A stretch of DNA of 64,000 nt. Source: Vicugna vicugna (lineage: Eukaryota). Both the position numbers and the translations under genes were made by a program. The stretch lies in contig MU057801.1 of the NCBI GenBank assembly GCA_013265495.1, positions 1,481,879-1,545,878 on the forward strand, given 5' to 3'. This document shows, piece by piece, positions 47,500-59,599 of the stretch; the stretch's first letter is position 1, and each line of letters starts with the position of its first letter. The notes under the pieces are model-generated. The model did not search any database. It was not told where the DNA came from and saw only the letters and a list, made by a program, of their open reading frames with translations.

Positions 47500-47757
47500 G
47501 GCAGGGACCAAGGCTCAGAACACAGGCTTTAGAGCCAAATTCTTGTGATAGAGTCTGGCTTTGCCTCTTGCTGGCTGTGCAACTTTGGGTTCATTCCTTA
47601 ACCTCTCTGTGCCTGTTTCCTCATCTGCAAAACAAATGTAATTATAGCACGTACCTCAGAGGGTCCTGAAGGAGCTTTAATGAGTTCAACATGCAAAGTG
47701 TTTCGAACAGCATCTGGCCTGTGGTAAGCATGTAGCAAATGCTGACTATTATTAGTA
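47500..47757 (+). mobile_element. MIR SINE, near full length
   Basis: CTTAACCTCTCTGTGCCTGTTTCCTCATCTGCAAAA...GTACCTCAGAGGG...AAATGCTGACTATTATT. Confidence 0.9.
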
Positions 47758-47989
47758 ATATAGTTGTTTTTTTAATTTGTTGTTTTTTCTTGGCAAGGGA
47801 CTTCAGCACTGTGTCAGTTCGGTTCCTTCCTTTTCTCCTAAGAAGCCCCCCCGACACCCCCTGTCGTTTTCCGACCCCGTCATCTTGCTGGTTTGTCCCG
47901 CCAGGAGGCTTCACACAGCATGAAACCTGAAAAGACACAATTACTGATCTTGCATTTAACAGGAAACACTTTTTAAAAAGGCAGTAAAC

Positions 47990-48180
47990 ACTTACCAGTT
48001 AAGAGCTTTACACAGATTTCCCTAAGGCATCGTGTTGGGGTAGAGGTCCGTCCTTGCTTCTGCCGCTGCTCACTGGGAAAACTGAGGCTTGAAGAGGCGA
48101 AGCCCCTTTCCAGGGCTGCAGAGCCGGGAAGTGCGAGAGGAGAGACTCAGGCTCAGGACCCTCGACCACAGAGCCCGGCC
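47990..48180 (-). mobile_element. MIR fragment
   Basis: GGGAAAACTGAGGCTTGAAGAGGCGAAG, antisense core. Confidence 0.6.
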
Positions 48181-48299
48181 GTCGGCCCCAGCGCCGCGCG
48201 AGCAGGCCTGCTTACTGCTACCTCTGGACGAATGGTCTCTGACATTCTCACGGCTCAGAATGCCTTAGACGGACGGCTCCCTGGGCCCAGCACCAGGCA

Positions 48300-48390
48300 C
48301 GTCTAAGTCTGGAGATCTGGGGGCGCTTCTAACAAGTCCGAGCTGATGCTGTGGTGCTGGTCTGGGGACCCCACTTTGAGAAGCCCTGTC
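48300..48390. mobile_element. MER5A fragment
   Basis: TTCTAACAAG...TGATGCTGTGGTGCTGGTCTGGGGACCCCACTTTGAGAAGCCCTG. Confidence 0.75.
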
Positions 48391-48529
48391 CTGTGTTATA
48401 GCCCAGTTAGAACACGTGAGGAAAAGAAATAAAATCAGAATGGCTTGGGACTACAGCCTCATTTTCTTGATATGCTTGATACATAGGGTGCAAATACCTC
48501 CTTCGGCAATCTTTTTTTTTAAATGATAT

Positions 48530-48770
48530 ATAATAGAAATTAACTTTTCTGTTACATAAAAGAGGTCTAGAAGTAGGCCACGTAGGGCCGGTGTGCTGCC
48601 CTCAACACCAGGGATTAGGCTCCTCCACACAGAAACTTGCTGTTCCACCATCTTCAGCATGTGGCTTCCACTGCATAGCACAGTATGGCTGCTGGACCAG
48701 CAGCCATCGCATCTGCATTCCAGCTGACAGGAAGGAGGAAGGACTGAAGAAGGGCACACATCTTTTAAAT
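48530..48770 (-). mobile_element. MaLR LTR (MLT1J-like) fragment
   Basis: TGTTCCACCATCTTCAGCATGTGGCTTCCA...ATGGCTGCTGGACCAGCAGCCATCGCATCTGCATTCCAG. Confidence 0.75.
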
Positions 48771-50713
48771 TTTCTTTAAAAATTTAATTGCCAAAAAAGC
48801 TCACATCTGTACCATTTAGTAGTGTTAAGTACAGTCACGTTGTTGTACAATGAATCTCAGGAACTTTTGCATCTTCCCCTTTGTCCAACTTTAAGAAATT
48901 ATTACCAAAAAACAAAAAGTGCTAAAGCATATTTTCAACAGCTGCACATGCCAATGACAGTGGGGGATAAGATGTGTGCATTCACACGAAAAGCTGGTTA
49001 GTTAGTTTCTGGCTTCTCTCTCCTTTTTGGCTGTATCTAAATAAATCAGGTGGGTGTCCAGCAAATGACTTTTTGGAAGTACTGGGTCGTTATGGTTATG
49101 AAAAAATGACATGGGGGGGATGCCACTCTTGCAAAGCTCAACTTACTTAGACATCTGTTGTATTGCTTGGATCATTCAAATCCCCAAATAAATTTTTAAA
49201 AATTATGTAGAATTGGGCTTTTGTGCCAAAAACAATGACATTAACATTTTTTGTTTTCTCAGTGGAACCTTATATCAATACTTTTTATGTACAACCATTT
49301 AACATATAAAATGTTGCAGAAGCAATATTGCTGAAGTCAAAGTGGGGGAGACGGGAAGATGGAGGCTACACCCCATCATTTAGCCTCCTCCTCAGGGGAG
49401 AAGCCCTAGGGTATAAAGCAGATTAAATTCCTCCCCTCCAAGAACAACAGAAATGTCTTAAACTCTGAGGTCCTTAAATATTTATATGACATCACTAATA
49501 GCTCATTTTAAAATTTTCAGTTATTCCCTGAGTCACATGTGCCTTGCCTTTTTTGAGTCCTAAGGGGCGTCCTTGGACTCTATGCAAATAAGCCAGTGTC
49601 ACGTTATGGAATAAACACTGGTGTGACGCTGAGCCTTTCTGCCTAACCCCGGATCTTCCGCTAACTGACTTTGTCACTTGGGGAGCCAGTTAATCTCTCA
49701 TTTGTAGGATGAGCGGCTGAACTAACCGATCTGTTAGGGTTTGTGCCTTGGAGCCCTGACCTTCTGTGGTTCTTTTTAATGCCTGGATACAATGACCTTG
49801 CCGCTGATGGAAAGATTATCTTGGGAAATGTTGGCCAAAGCTAAACCCTTTCCCCCCAGACCTCTGGTCTCGTTTCCTCCTGCAGGGCAGAGAGACAACC
49901 TGGCCGAGTTCCAGCTCAGGTAACTACATTCTTCCCACCACGATTTTCCTTGCGTTGTCCATCGGCTACGCTGTGCCTCTCCATTCCTCCTCCGTCGCTT
50001 GTCCCTTGATATTGCTGTCTGCTGTCTCGTAGAGCAGATCTCAAGCAGTGGCTTCATTTGGGGGGTTTTCTTGTGTTTTAGGAAACGTAACTCCATCAGC
50101 CAGGGACATGGGACATTGGCATGTCAGCCTTTCTAAATGTCCTGAAGGGTTGGGCTCAGGACTGTCATGTTGGTCTATTTTTAGTAGTGACATTATGGGA
50201 AATTACCTTAAAAGTCTAATTGGAAAGGACACAGACAACAATGGCTCCTATTTACCCAAACAGTTCTAATGGGAAACCACACTGATGCTAACAGCTAGTG
50301 GTGGTAATGGCTTACTGTGTATCCTATACCCTTGTACGTGCTCCGTACGTATCTGCTCCTTGCAGACGAGGACACTGAGGCACGGAGGGGCTGCATCTCT
50401 TGCCTGCAGTTCACGCAGTTCCTCGAGCATCTTGTGGGAGAGCGGTTATGGGGCATCCATGGACTAGACCATTAAAAAAAGTGAGGTCAGTGCAAAGACA
50501 GCCGATGTGGCAAACTCTCCCAGATGTACAATTAAGCGGAAAGGGTGAGATGTGACGTCAAAAGGAATCCGCGAGTGGCGTCACACTAACCATCTAAACT
50601 TTGCTAAAGACGAAGCGGTATACTTGGTTTAACAAAGCAATGGCATTTGATAAAGCACCCCAGAAATAACGCGGTTTGGGGGGAAACGTTGTTCATTTGA
50701 CAGACCGCATATC

Positions 50714-50920
50714 GGAATTTGCAGATACTGACAACTACATGTGAAGTAGCTGAACGACCAGGTCCTTCTGCACAGCACAGGGAGCTGTAGCCAATGCCCT
50801 GCGACAGCCCATCGTGGAAAAGAACATGAAAAGGAACGTGTGTGTGTGTGTAACTGAAGCACTGTGCTGCGCACCAGCGATTACACAACATTGTAACCGA
50901 CTACACTTCAATTTGAAAAC
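50714..50920 (+). mobile_element. LINE-1 3' end, strongly GC-shifted
   Basis: Colinear with 9585-9795 and with the reverse complement of 52573-52780 (CACAGCACAGGGA...ACAACATTGTAA...CACTTCAATT). Confidence 0.9.
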
Positions 50921-50959
50921 AAGGTAAGACACAAAATAGTATGGCTGTATGCATTTCTT

Positions 50960-51100
50960 TTTCTGGTTTGGAAGGAAACCCCAGGCAACATTAGCAGTGG
51001 TTACCTTTGGGGTAAATGTTGATTTTATTTAAAATTATTTTTACCTTCCGCAATATTTGAATTTTTTTTCACCATGTGTATGATACGTCATTTAAATTTT
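50960..51100 (+). mobile_element. L1ME-like 3' fragment
   Basis: TTAGCAGTGGTTACCTTTGGGG...TATTTGAATTTTTTTTCACCATGTGTATG. Confidence 0.55.
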
Positions 51101-52559
51101 AAAAAAACTGTCTACAAGGGTTACTTGGATGGTGAGATTATGAATAAACTTTGCATTCTTCTATGTCCCTATTTCAGAAACATAATAAATGAGATTCTAT
51201 CAATAATGGGGAATTTGGCCTACAATCAGCCTGAGACTCTCCAGGCTGAGAGCAGAAGAGCTTTATTCTTCTGGGCTTGGTGGCAGGATGCTGGGGTGAG
51301 TCTGGGCTGGCTGGCGGTGGGGGTGGATGCCCGAGACCCTCGAAGTCTGAAGCAGAGCAGGGACATGGGTCAGATGTCGTTCATTTCATGGCGGGTCCCA
51401 TCAAAACAGAAGCCACAAACATACCACAGCCTCCAAACTCCTCTTCTCTCTTCTTTGGGGTTTCGAATACATTTTTCTTTTAAAAAAAAATGTGGTGAGA
51501 ATTTAAAGTCAAGCTCACCATTGAACAAGAGCATCTAGGAGATGTGAGCGTTGCCCTAACGTGGCCCCTCCACACTTGCCCCCCTGGGGGATCTGGCTGG
51601 GACACGTGTTATTCTCCACCCTCACCTCTCTGGTCCAGAACTACTTCAGATTCTGCTACCAGCGTGTTCGTGCAGCAAAAGGCCCCGGAAAACAGCCCGG
51701 CCACTTCATGGGAACGGCCAGTGGTGAATGTCAGTACACAGAGCGGCTGGTTATCTCTCTGGGGGTTAAGTTACTGCATTCAGTGTGGGCTTGTGAAGAC
51801 AATGGTGGGGCCCGTCACGCCGGAGTGATCCTTTTACCTGCGCCATCTAAAGTGACATTGGAATGAAGGGGCACTTGAGAGCTATCAGTTTCCTAGGTAA
51901 GTTCTGCAAACAAGCTCACAGATCTTCTGCTTCGTGACTGTGCCCCACCTGGCCGAAGGAGGCCGGCCCTCCTTGTGACTCCTGGGGACAGATGAAAGGC
52001 GGCTGCGCCAGGCGGAATTCCACTGTCGCAGTGTTGACTCGAGGTCGCCCAGCGCCACCCCCGTAAACCTGGGCTGTCAGGGGACTGCTTTTCCTGCCAA
52101 GCGCCACATCCTGAAAGCATCAACCACAATTAAAACGTATTACAAAAAGCGCTGGAAAGGCAGGCGGGGTTTCCTGCCTGTGTCCGCGAATAAATTCACC
52201 TCCCACCTGCCAGCACCTGGGGCTTTCGCAACACTGTGCTCTGTCATTTTTCTTTCCAAGATACCACACCTCCCATTTCTCACTGCAAGGAACTGTGGTG
52301 ACAGACGCTTAAGAATTTTATTTTCTTTTGAAAGGAACTCAGATTACAGCAGGGCTGCACCTAGAAAGGTGTCACAGGAGAGCAGACGGGGAGGGAGCAG
52401 AGAGGGAGGTTCCAATGCGGTTGTGTCTGCAGCCTCAGAGAAGGAGGGCTGAGCTGAGTCTGAGGCCGAAATCTGTTCCGGGGACAAGACCTGCCTCAGT
52501 CCCTCAGCTCCGGGACATCAGCTCCACTCTTCTAAAAAAATACTTCTGATTTTTTCATT

Positions 52560-52885
52560 TTAATTTTTGGAATTTTAAAATTGAGGTATAGTTGACTTAC
52601 AATGTTGTATTAATTTCTGGGGTACAGCATAGTGATTCAGTCACACACACACACACACACACATTCCTTTCCATACTCTTTTTCATTATAGGTCACTACA
52701 GGATATTGAATACAGTTCCCTGTGCTGTGCAGTAGGACCTTGTTGTTCATCTATTTTATATATAGTAGCTGTATCCACAAATCTCACACTGCCAATTCAT
52801 CCCTCCCCACCCCCTTTCCCCCATGCTAACCATGTCTATCTATTCTCTGTGTCTCTGAGATGGTAACTGTAAGTCTGTTCTCTGA
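52560..52885 (-). mobile_element. LINE-1 3' UTR end, with internal (CA)n
   Basis: TTGAGGTATAGTTGACTTACAATGTTG...GTACAGCATAGTGATTCAG...CAGTTCCCTGTGCTGTGCAGTAGGACCTTGTTG. Confidence 0.93.
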
Positions 52886-53733
52886 GTCTCTGTCTCTGTG
52901 TCTCTGTGTATCTCTGTCTCTGTCTCTGTGTCTCTGTGTCTTTGTTTCTGTGTCTCTGTCTCTGTCTCTATTTCTATGTCTCTGTCTCTCTGTCTCTTTT
53001 TCTGTCTTCATCTCTGTGTCTGTCTCTGTCTCTGTGTTTCTGTCTCTGTCTCTGTCTCTGTGTCTGTATCTCTGTCTCTGTGTCTCTGTCTCTGTGTCTG
53101 TGTTTCTGTCTCTATCTCTGTATCTCTGTCTCTGTCTCTGTGTCTCTGTCTCTGTCTCTATTTCTATGTCTCTGTCTCTCTGTCTCTTTTTCTGTCTTCA
53201 TCTCTGTGTCTCTGTCTCTGTCTCTGTGTTTCTATCTCTGTCTCTGTGTCTGTATCTCTGTCTCTGTCTCTCTGTCTCTGTGTCTCTGTCTCTGTGTCTG
53301 TGTTTCTGTCTCTATCTCTGTATCTCTGTCTCTGTCTCTGTGTCTCTGTGTCTCTGTCTCTGTCTCTGTGTCTCTATCTCTGTCTCTGTCTCTGTGTCTC
53401 TGTCTCTGTCTCTCTGTCTCTATCTCTGTGTCTCTGTTCTCTCTGTATCTCTGTCTCTGTCTCTGTGTTTCTGTCTCTGTCTGTGTCTCTGTGTCTGTGT
53501 CTTTGTGTCTGTGTCTCTGTTTCTGTGTTTCTATCTCTGTCTCTGTCTCTGTTTCTGTATCTCTGTCTCTGTCTCTGTGTCTCTGTCTCTGTGTCTCTGT
53601 CTCTGTGTTTCTGTCTCTGTGTCTCTGTCTCTGTGTCTCTGTCTCTTTTTCTGTCTCCATCTCTGTGTCTCTGTCTCTGTGTCTCTCTATCTCTGTGTCT
53701 CTGTCTCTGTCTCTGTGTCTGTGACTGTCTGCT
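52880..53733. repeat. about 850 bp degenerate (TCTCTG/TCTGTG)n satellite
   Basis: Directly visible; source of the S/L/C/V-rich and R/E/T/D-rich ORFs. Confidence 0.98.
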
Positions 53734-53794
53734 CTTTAGATGGCAGTCTCACTCTCACCAATATTCTCAAAACACTGGAAACTTCCGTGTGTGA

Positions 53795-53875
53795 GGGTCG
53801 TTTGTTCACATCAACCAGTATGTGTTTATTGATGACTTACCACCTCCAAGCCTGGGGAGCTGGAGAACAGGGCGT
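53795..53875 (-). mobile_element. L2 3' end fragment
   Basis: GTTTGTTCACATCAACC...GTTTATTGATGACTTACC...GCTGGAGAACA. Confidence 0.45.
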
Positions 53876-54199
53876 CCCGGCCACCAGATGCCAGCCCACC
53901 AGTGGGGCTTTCAGACCTTCGCAACAGCTGCACCGACCCGGTGATGCCAGCCTCCTATCTGGACCACCACACGCGACATAAAATCTGAGCCACCTGGCAG
54001 GATTCTGGTCCCCACCCTCCCTTCCCACCTGCTTGAGCGCCCTCCCTCGGCTCTCAGCTCTGTCCACCACATATAAATGCTCCTCCACCATCCTGCCTTG
54101 ACCTGGCGGGGTCCTTTCTCTGGAATACCTCTCTGCTTTATCCACAGCACCTCTGTTCACTGAAGATCCAGCTCGCGTGCCGTCTTGTCTGGGGAGCCT

Positions 54200-54488
54200 T
54201 CTCTCAGTCCCACTGGGGAGCTTCTGGGAGACTGTGCAGAACAGACCTCAGATCTGCACCCAAACGAGAGGGGGAGGAAGATGGGCATTTACCCTCCAGC
54301 TACCCGCTGCCATCAAGTGAGGACCCTCCGGGGCAGTGAGTCCTCCAGTGCCGGGTCTGCCCTAGACCCTGCTGGCCAAAGAAAGCCCTCAGTGGAGGGT
54401 CCCATGAGCTTTCAGTCCAAATCAGGCTGCACGCTTAGGACTGGTGGGTGCTGAGGGGACATGCTGGTCGCCAAAGGCGTCTGCTATA
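54200..54488 (-). mobile_element. ERVL LTR (LTR33-like)
   Basis: CTCAGTCCCACTGGGGAGCTTCTGGGAGACTGTGCAGAACAGACCTCAGA...GGCCAAAGAAAGCCCTCAG...GCGTCTGCTATA. Confidence 0.8.
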
Positions 54489-54714
54489 AACTTCTTCACC
54501 CGCAAAATCAGAGAATCCTAGAGAAAGAACAGATCATAGACACCAGGTACCCAATTAAGATCACGTACTAAAAATATAAGTCGTATCTAGAAAGATGTCT
54601 TCCAGAGGGAGCTCCTGGACGAGGCAATGATAATAATGCAGAAATCAGAGAAACACTCTCACAGTTGATAAAGCTTTTATATATATATTTCCTTTAAAAA
54701 ATAATTTGAGTTTC

Positions 54715-54850
54715 CCAAGAATCTCGTGAGCTATTCAGAGCCGCTATTACCCCATTTTTCAGATCAGAATAAGGCACAAAGTGTCAGCGGGTGAGCAGCA
54801 GAGTCAGACCCAGTCACCGGTCCTCCTGCGTCTGGGACTGCTGCTCTGGA
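54715..54850 (-). mobile_element. MIR fragment
   Basis: GCTATTACCCCATTTTTCAGATCAGAATAAGGCACA. Confidence 0.55.
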
Positions 54851-56819
54851 CTTAACAGAGGATTAGAAATGTTCTGCCCACTTCAGGGTCAGGGCCTGGG
54901 GAAGTCAGTTCACGGCTCAAATATTCCTTACCCCATTCCCGGCAACAGAGCCAAACCAAGAACAGGACTGCTCATTCTAAGATAAATTCAGTCTTTTTAT
55001 CTCTAGATGGTTTTGAGAAGTATTGCAAAAACGAGAAAACACTCCAGGATGGCCAGACAAATTCCCTCTTAATTCAGTTTCGTATGTTTCCAAAATCAGT
55101 CCCAATGTTAAAATAGGCAATGAAGTTTGTGTACTTCAATCTAGAAATCTGCAGAATTATAAATATAGCTGTGTAAGTATTAAGATTAATGACACAAGAA
55201 CAAGCATCATGGACTTTGGGGAGGCTCTGTCTTAAACACCCAGCATTAACATTTTTAAATGAAACATGGAGTATTAAAAAAAAACAGATTGCACTTTAGC
55301 ACACTGTGGTAGCTGAGTTGGCGTCTAGCCACAGATTTATCAGGAAGGGGAAAGCACCCTGGGAGCAGAGGTGGGAAGCCCCCGATGCACTCGGAGGGAG
55401 AGGTGGGGGTGGGCGGGGTGGGAGGGCGTGGCGGCCCCTTTGAGCATTAATGAACGTCCGCTGGTATGCTGTTGAAAAATCGGTTCTCTGTGATGTTTCT
55501 CCAGAATCAGTGTCCTCTTCCTGTTACATTCTTTTCTGCTTTTCAAAAGTTCTTTCCCCCAGTAATTTCTATTAAGAATCCCAAATATTCCAGTGATTAT
55601 TTGAAGCTGTATGCTTTTCATTACTCCTGATACCATTTCTGCATTTGTATTCAGTCCATGTTAACCCAGTGCGGGAGTTCCAGCCCGGCCGAGTCTTCGC
55701 GCCTGCTGCCTGGGATGCTCGCGTCAGACAGCAAGCAGCCATCCCAGCTGAGTGGTCACGCCTTTCCGCCTGCGAAGAAACATCCCCGAAGTGCGAAGCA
55801 CTATTTCAAAATATAACAAACATCAGGGTGACCAGGAGAGCCGGTTACAACACAGACAGGGCTGGACAGCACCTCCAGAAGCTCCGGCTCAGCAGGACTG
55901 GCCGAGACCCAGACAGCTGCACACCTGACAGCTTCCCAGGATAAATGGTGCCAGTGCCGGACCGCAGGCTGAGGCGCCCTGGGGCGGGGCAAGGGTTACA
56001 CTGGGGCTTCCCGTCTCATGGGAGATGGCGACTCCTTAGCATCAGAGGGATTTTCAGGAGTAACTGTCCGAGAGGCAGATTGAGTGCGCGAGTTCAGGAG
56101 TGGGAAGTATGCCCGACAGATCTCTGCCTGATACACAGCATCGGTGTCACTGCAAGCCGGCCACGGTGTCTCGGAATCCTGTCCACATATCCTGTACTTA
56201 GTGACGTGGACACTTAGTGCAAATACTCCTTGGACTAGTATTTAAAGCCAGGAGAGGTGGTGATGGACGGACACCCAGAAGCTCTGGACTGAGACCTGGT
56301 GGTGCCTCCCCTCCCCGTTTTTTCTGCTGTGTGACCTCAAGCAGGTCCTTGCCCTCTCGTGGCTTTGGCTCCTCCCTGGTCAAGCGGTGATTACACGAGC
56401 AGCCCCGATCGACGCCCCGGCTGCAGTGGCCGTCCACGCAGCAGCAAGGCCAGGTCTGTAAGGGTGAGGGGTGAAGCGGGAGCGGCCTGTCCCTGGAGCG
56501 GAGCCGGGCTCAGCCCGCACCGCCGGCCCCGCGCCCCCACCCCGGTGGACTGCATATGGCGTCTCACCTTGTTCTCTTTCAAGATGAACTCTCATTCCCC
56601 GGGAAAAATTTCTCAGCCTTAAAGCCACAACTTCAAAAATGTGGTGGGAACCACATTTAAAAGGTCTGGCAAATGGTTGGTTGATTTCATTTTTTTTTAA
56701 ACTGCACTTTTAAAACAAACCCCAAATAGAGATGAAAGCCAAGAATTAAAATATACGTACAAAATAGAAAACATTAATATTCTCAAGTACAGCGAATTGA
56801 ATAATCATCATAAGGAAAC

Positions 56820-58200
56820 AATAAAACGCGCAGTGACTCAGACCAGATGATCACCGCCCGTCTCCAGGATGCTGGCACATGTGGTCCGTGTGGAGACCGG
56901 GGTCCAGCCAGGCGGGTGCTGGCCTCGCCCGCGCAGTCACTCCCCGAAGCCCGCCTCCGACAAGTACCCGTCCCGTAACCAAGCTTCAGCCTCCTCGCTG
57001 GCAGGGCGGGGGCCGGGGGGAGACTGAAGGAAGGCTGTTAAATTTTACAATCGGACGCCCTGCGTTACCGCGTCTCTCGGTCCACAGCGCCTTGAGCTCT
57101 AGTCTGCTTGCCGACCGTCCTCACAGCCCGTGCTCCCCGCGTGGTGACTCTTACTCCGTGGAGGCAGCCGAGGAGCTGAGGGCCGAGGCATCTGCGGGGA
57201 GTCCAGACAGGAGCTGGGGCACCGGAGGAGGGGAGAGTCCCCGGCACCCCTTCCTCGCCCTCGCTCCCCAGCCCAGCCTCCCGCCCCCCTGTCCCCAGCC
57301 CTTCAGCAGTTTCACTGACGAAGGTGGGTCTTCCCACACCTCGACTTGGAAGAACTTACCAAGAGAAAGGAGGAGCGGTAAAGAGAAATGTTTCTGCGGT
57401 GGCGTCCCCTGTCCCACCCCATGCCATCGACCTTAGACCCCAAACCAGAGTGCCCCGGGGCGGTGGGCACGTGGCTTTATGTCCCAGGAGCAGCGCTGGG
57501 GGTCGCGCCCGCCGCCCCGCCCCGTTCCCGAAGGCCCGGGCCGGCCTGCCTCCTGCCTTCCTCCCCCTGTGCGGCCGGAGACGGAAGGCGGCCCTCGCCG
57601 GGCTCAGACCTGCCCTGAGCTCCCCCGCCTCGCAGCGCGGACGCCGACCTCACCGCCCGCCGCGGATTCCTGTGCCGCCTCATCGTGTATCACAGGGCCG
57701 AGCCGCAGCTTCTAGAACTGGCTCTGGATGCATGGAAGCCGTTTTTCGTACATCCACTTTCAATACTGCTTCCCATCTGCGTGACACGGACGCGGGGAGA
57801 GCCAGCGCATACTTCCCGGCCCGGGGGCGGCGCCGGCGCAGCGGGGACGGCCGGGGACGGCAGCTGGCTGGTGCTGCCGGAGCTGTCGTCCCCGCCCCAG
57901 CAGCCTTTCTGGGTGAGAGATTCTTCAAAGCACACGCACTCGAGGCCAGGCTGTTTCTCTTCGGTTTTCTAAGCTCCTCCCCAAGATGGACGGGTCACGC
58001 GTGCTCACGCAGCTTCCGGGAGAACATCGGACGGAATGCGGGCTGCGGTTTGAATCCCCCTCCGGGCAGACTGGGCTGTCATTTCAGCAGGGATTTATGT
58101 GTTTAGAATACGAGATGCCGTACAGTTCCGAGCTGTCAAGCCCCGGGAGGGAGGCTCACACAGAAAGAAGCACCGTCCGTGCGGCTGGCCACTGGAAATA
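56820..58200. promoter_or_regulatory. orphan CpG island (largest in the window)
   Basis: Dense CpG at 57470-57900; GC boxes CCCGCC/GGGCGG; no recognisable exon. Confidence 0.6.
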
Positions 58201-58574
58201 CTCCTTACCTTACTCCGGGTGGTCAGGCAGCTCCATACAAATGTCGCCCTTCACTTTACATTACAGGCTTGGAAAATCATGCCAAAAAAAGGCAGAATGG
58301 CTGCTTCAATTTTTATATCACTTTGGTGAAAACACATGTACTCCCCAAGACCAAAGGACTCTGTTCAATAAAAAAAGACTTCATGGTGGAGACCTAGAGA
58401 GAGCGAAACTCCACGAAGCCTGAAGTTTTAAAAATAGCAGCGCTCCTTCTGTTTGTTTAGAAAATAGTGATGTGGGAGAAGGGATAACTTTTTTATTTTT
58501 ATAAAACTCTCTTCTATTTTACCATTTATCCTTTGATAAAATTAAGACCTTGATGAGTCTTTTATTGATGTGAA

Positions 58575-59050
58575 ATCTATTACCAAAAACTTAGAGGCTC
58601 AAAATGACACCTGTTACTGGCTCGTGGTTCTTTGGGCCGACCGGCCAGGCCTGCGGCGGCTGCATTCTCTGCTCAGGGTCTTATGAGGCTGAAGTCGAGG
58701 TGAGGGCCAGGCTGTACCCCTCTCTGGAGGCTCCGGGGCACTACTTCCAGACTCCCGCAGGCATTGCCTGGACCCTGCTCCTTGCAGCTGTAGGACTGAC
58801 ACTTCCAGTTCCTTGCCGGCTGTCAGCCAGCAGGTCACACTTAGCTCTTAGACGTCACCCACCCCCAACCCCACCGCCTTCTTTCCCACGTGGTTTCCGC
58901 CATCTTCAGGCCAGCGACAGAATCTCCTTCCCCTTGTGGCCCTTTCCCGCTTCCAGCATGTCCTTCCCGTGAGACCCAGTCCCTTTTACAGGCTCCCCGA
59001 ATAGGCCAGATGCATGGAGGGTAACCTCTCCATCTTAGGGCTCAGTGGCC
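58575..59050 (-). mobile_element. MaLR LTR (MLT1E-like)
   Basis: AAACTTAGAGGCTCAAAATGACA...TCTCTGCTCAGGGTCTTATGAGGCTGAAGTCGAGGTG...CTTGCAGCTGTAGGACTGA. Confidence 0.8.
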
Positions 59051-59127
59051 GCTTGCAGCCGGTCCCTCTCAGGGCCAGCTGATGGCTGTGACGTGCCAAG
59101 AGATGCTCAGTCTTACCTGATCTACTC

Positions 59128-59255
59128 ATTTTTGAGAGAAGCCAGAATTCTCTTGAATTTTAAAGGTTGCCAGTGATTTCAAATTTTTTAAAATACTGGG
59201 TGAACCGAGTAAAAACACATTTGTGGTCTTGACGGGGCCTGTGCACCACCTGCTT
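59128..59255. mobile_element. hAT-type MER fragment (subfamily uncertain)
   Basis: TTTGAGAGAAGCCAGAA...TTCAAATTTTTTAAAATACTG...AAAACACATTTGTGG. Confidence 0.45.
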
Positions 59256-59277
59256 CCTTCTTTCTGCGGTCTGGAGG

Positions 59278-59590
59278 CATTCACTCATTCATTCATTTGA
59301 AGGCTGTTACTGAGCACCTACTCTGTGCCCTGATTCTAGGCAGTGGGAGCACAGGCTGGTCACGGGGACATTTGAATGCAAATCTGAAGGAGTGGAGGGG
59401 TAAACAGGTGTCCCTGTAGGTGGAAAGCATTCTGGGCAGAAGACACAGCAAGTGCAAAGGCCCTGAGGTGGTCGAGTGCCAGGTGTGCTCAGAGTGGCAT
59501 GGACACTGTGGCCGGGGGACATGAGCAGGGGAGAGCAGAGAGGGGGTCAGAGTGCTCTGTAGGCCATATCAAGTGAGGGCCGGGCTGCTC
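59278..59590 (-). mobile_element. L2a 3' end
   Basis: CATTCACTCATTCATTCATT...TTACTGAGCACCTACTCTGTGCC...GCATTCTGGGCAGAAGACACAGCAAGTGCAAAGGCCCTGAGG. Confidence 0.9.
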
Positions 59591-59599
59591 AGGGGAGCT

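Noticed and set aside
52860..53981. Long ORFs (373, 298, 272 and 142 aa)
   Set aside because: Translations of the stop-free (TCTCTG)n satellite; low-complexity in every frame
57324..58106. 260 aa ORF
   Set aside because: Non-ATG start, GC-rich composition, no recognisable family
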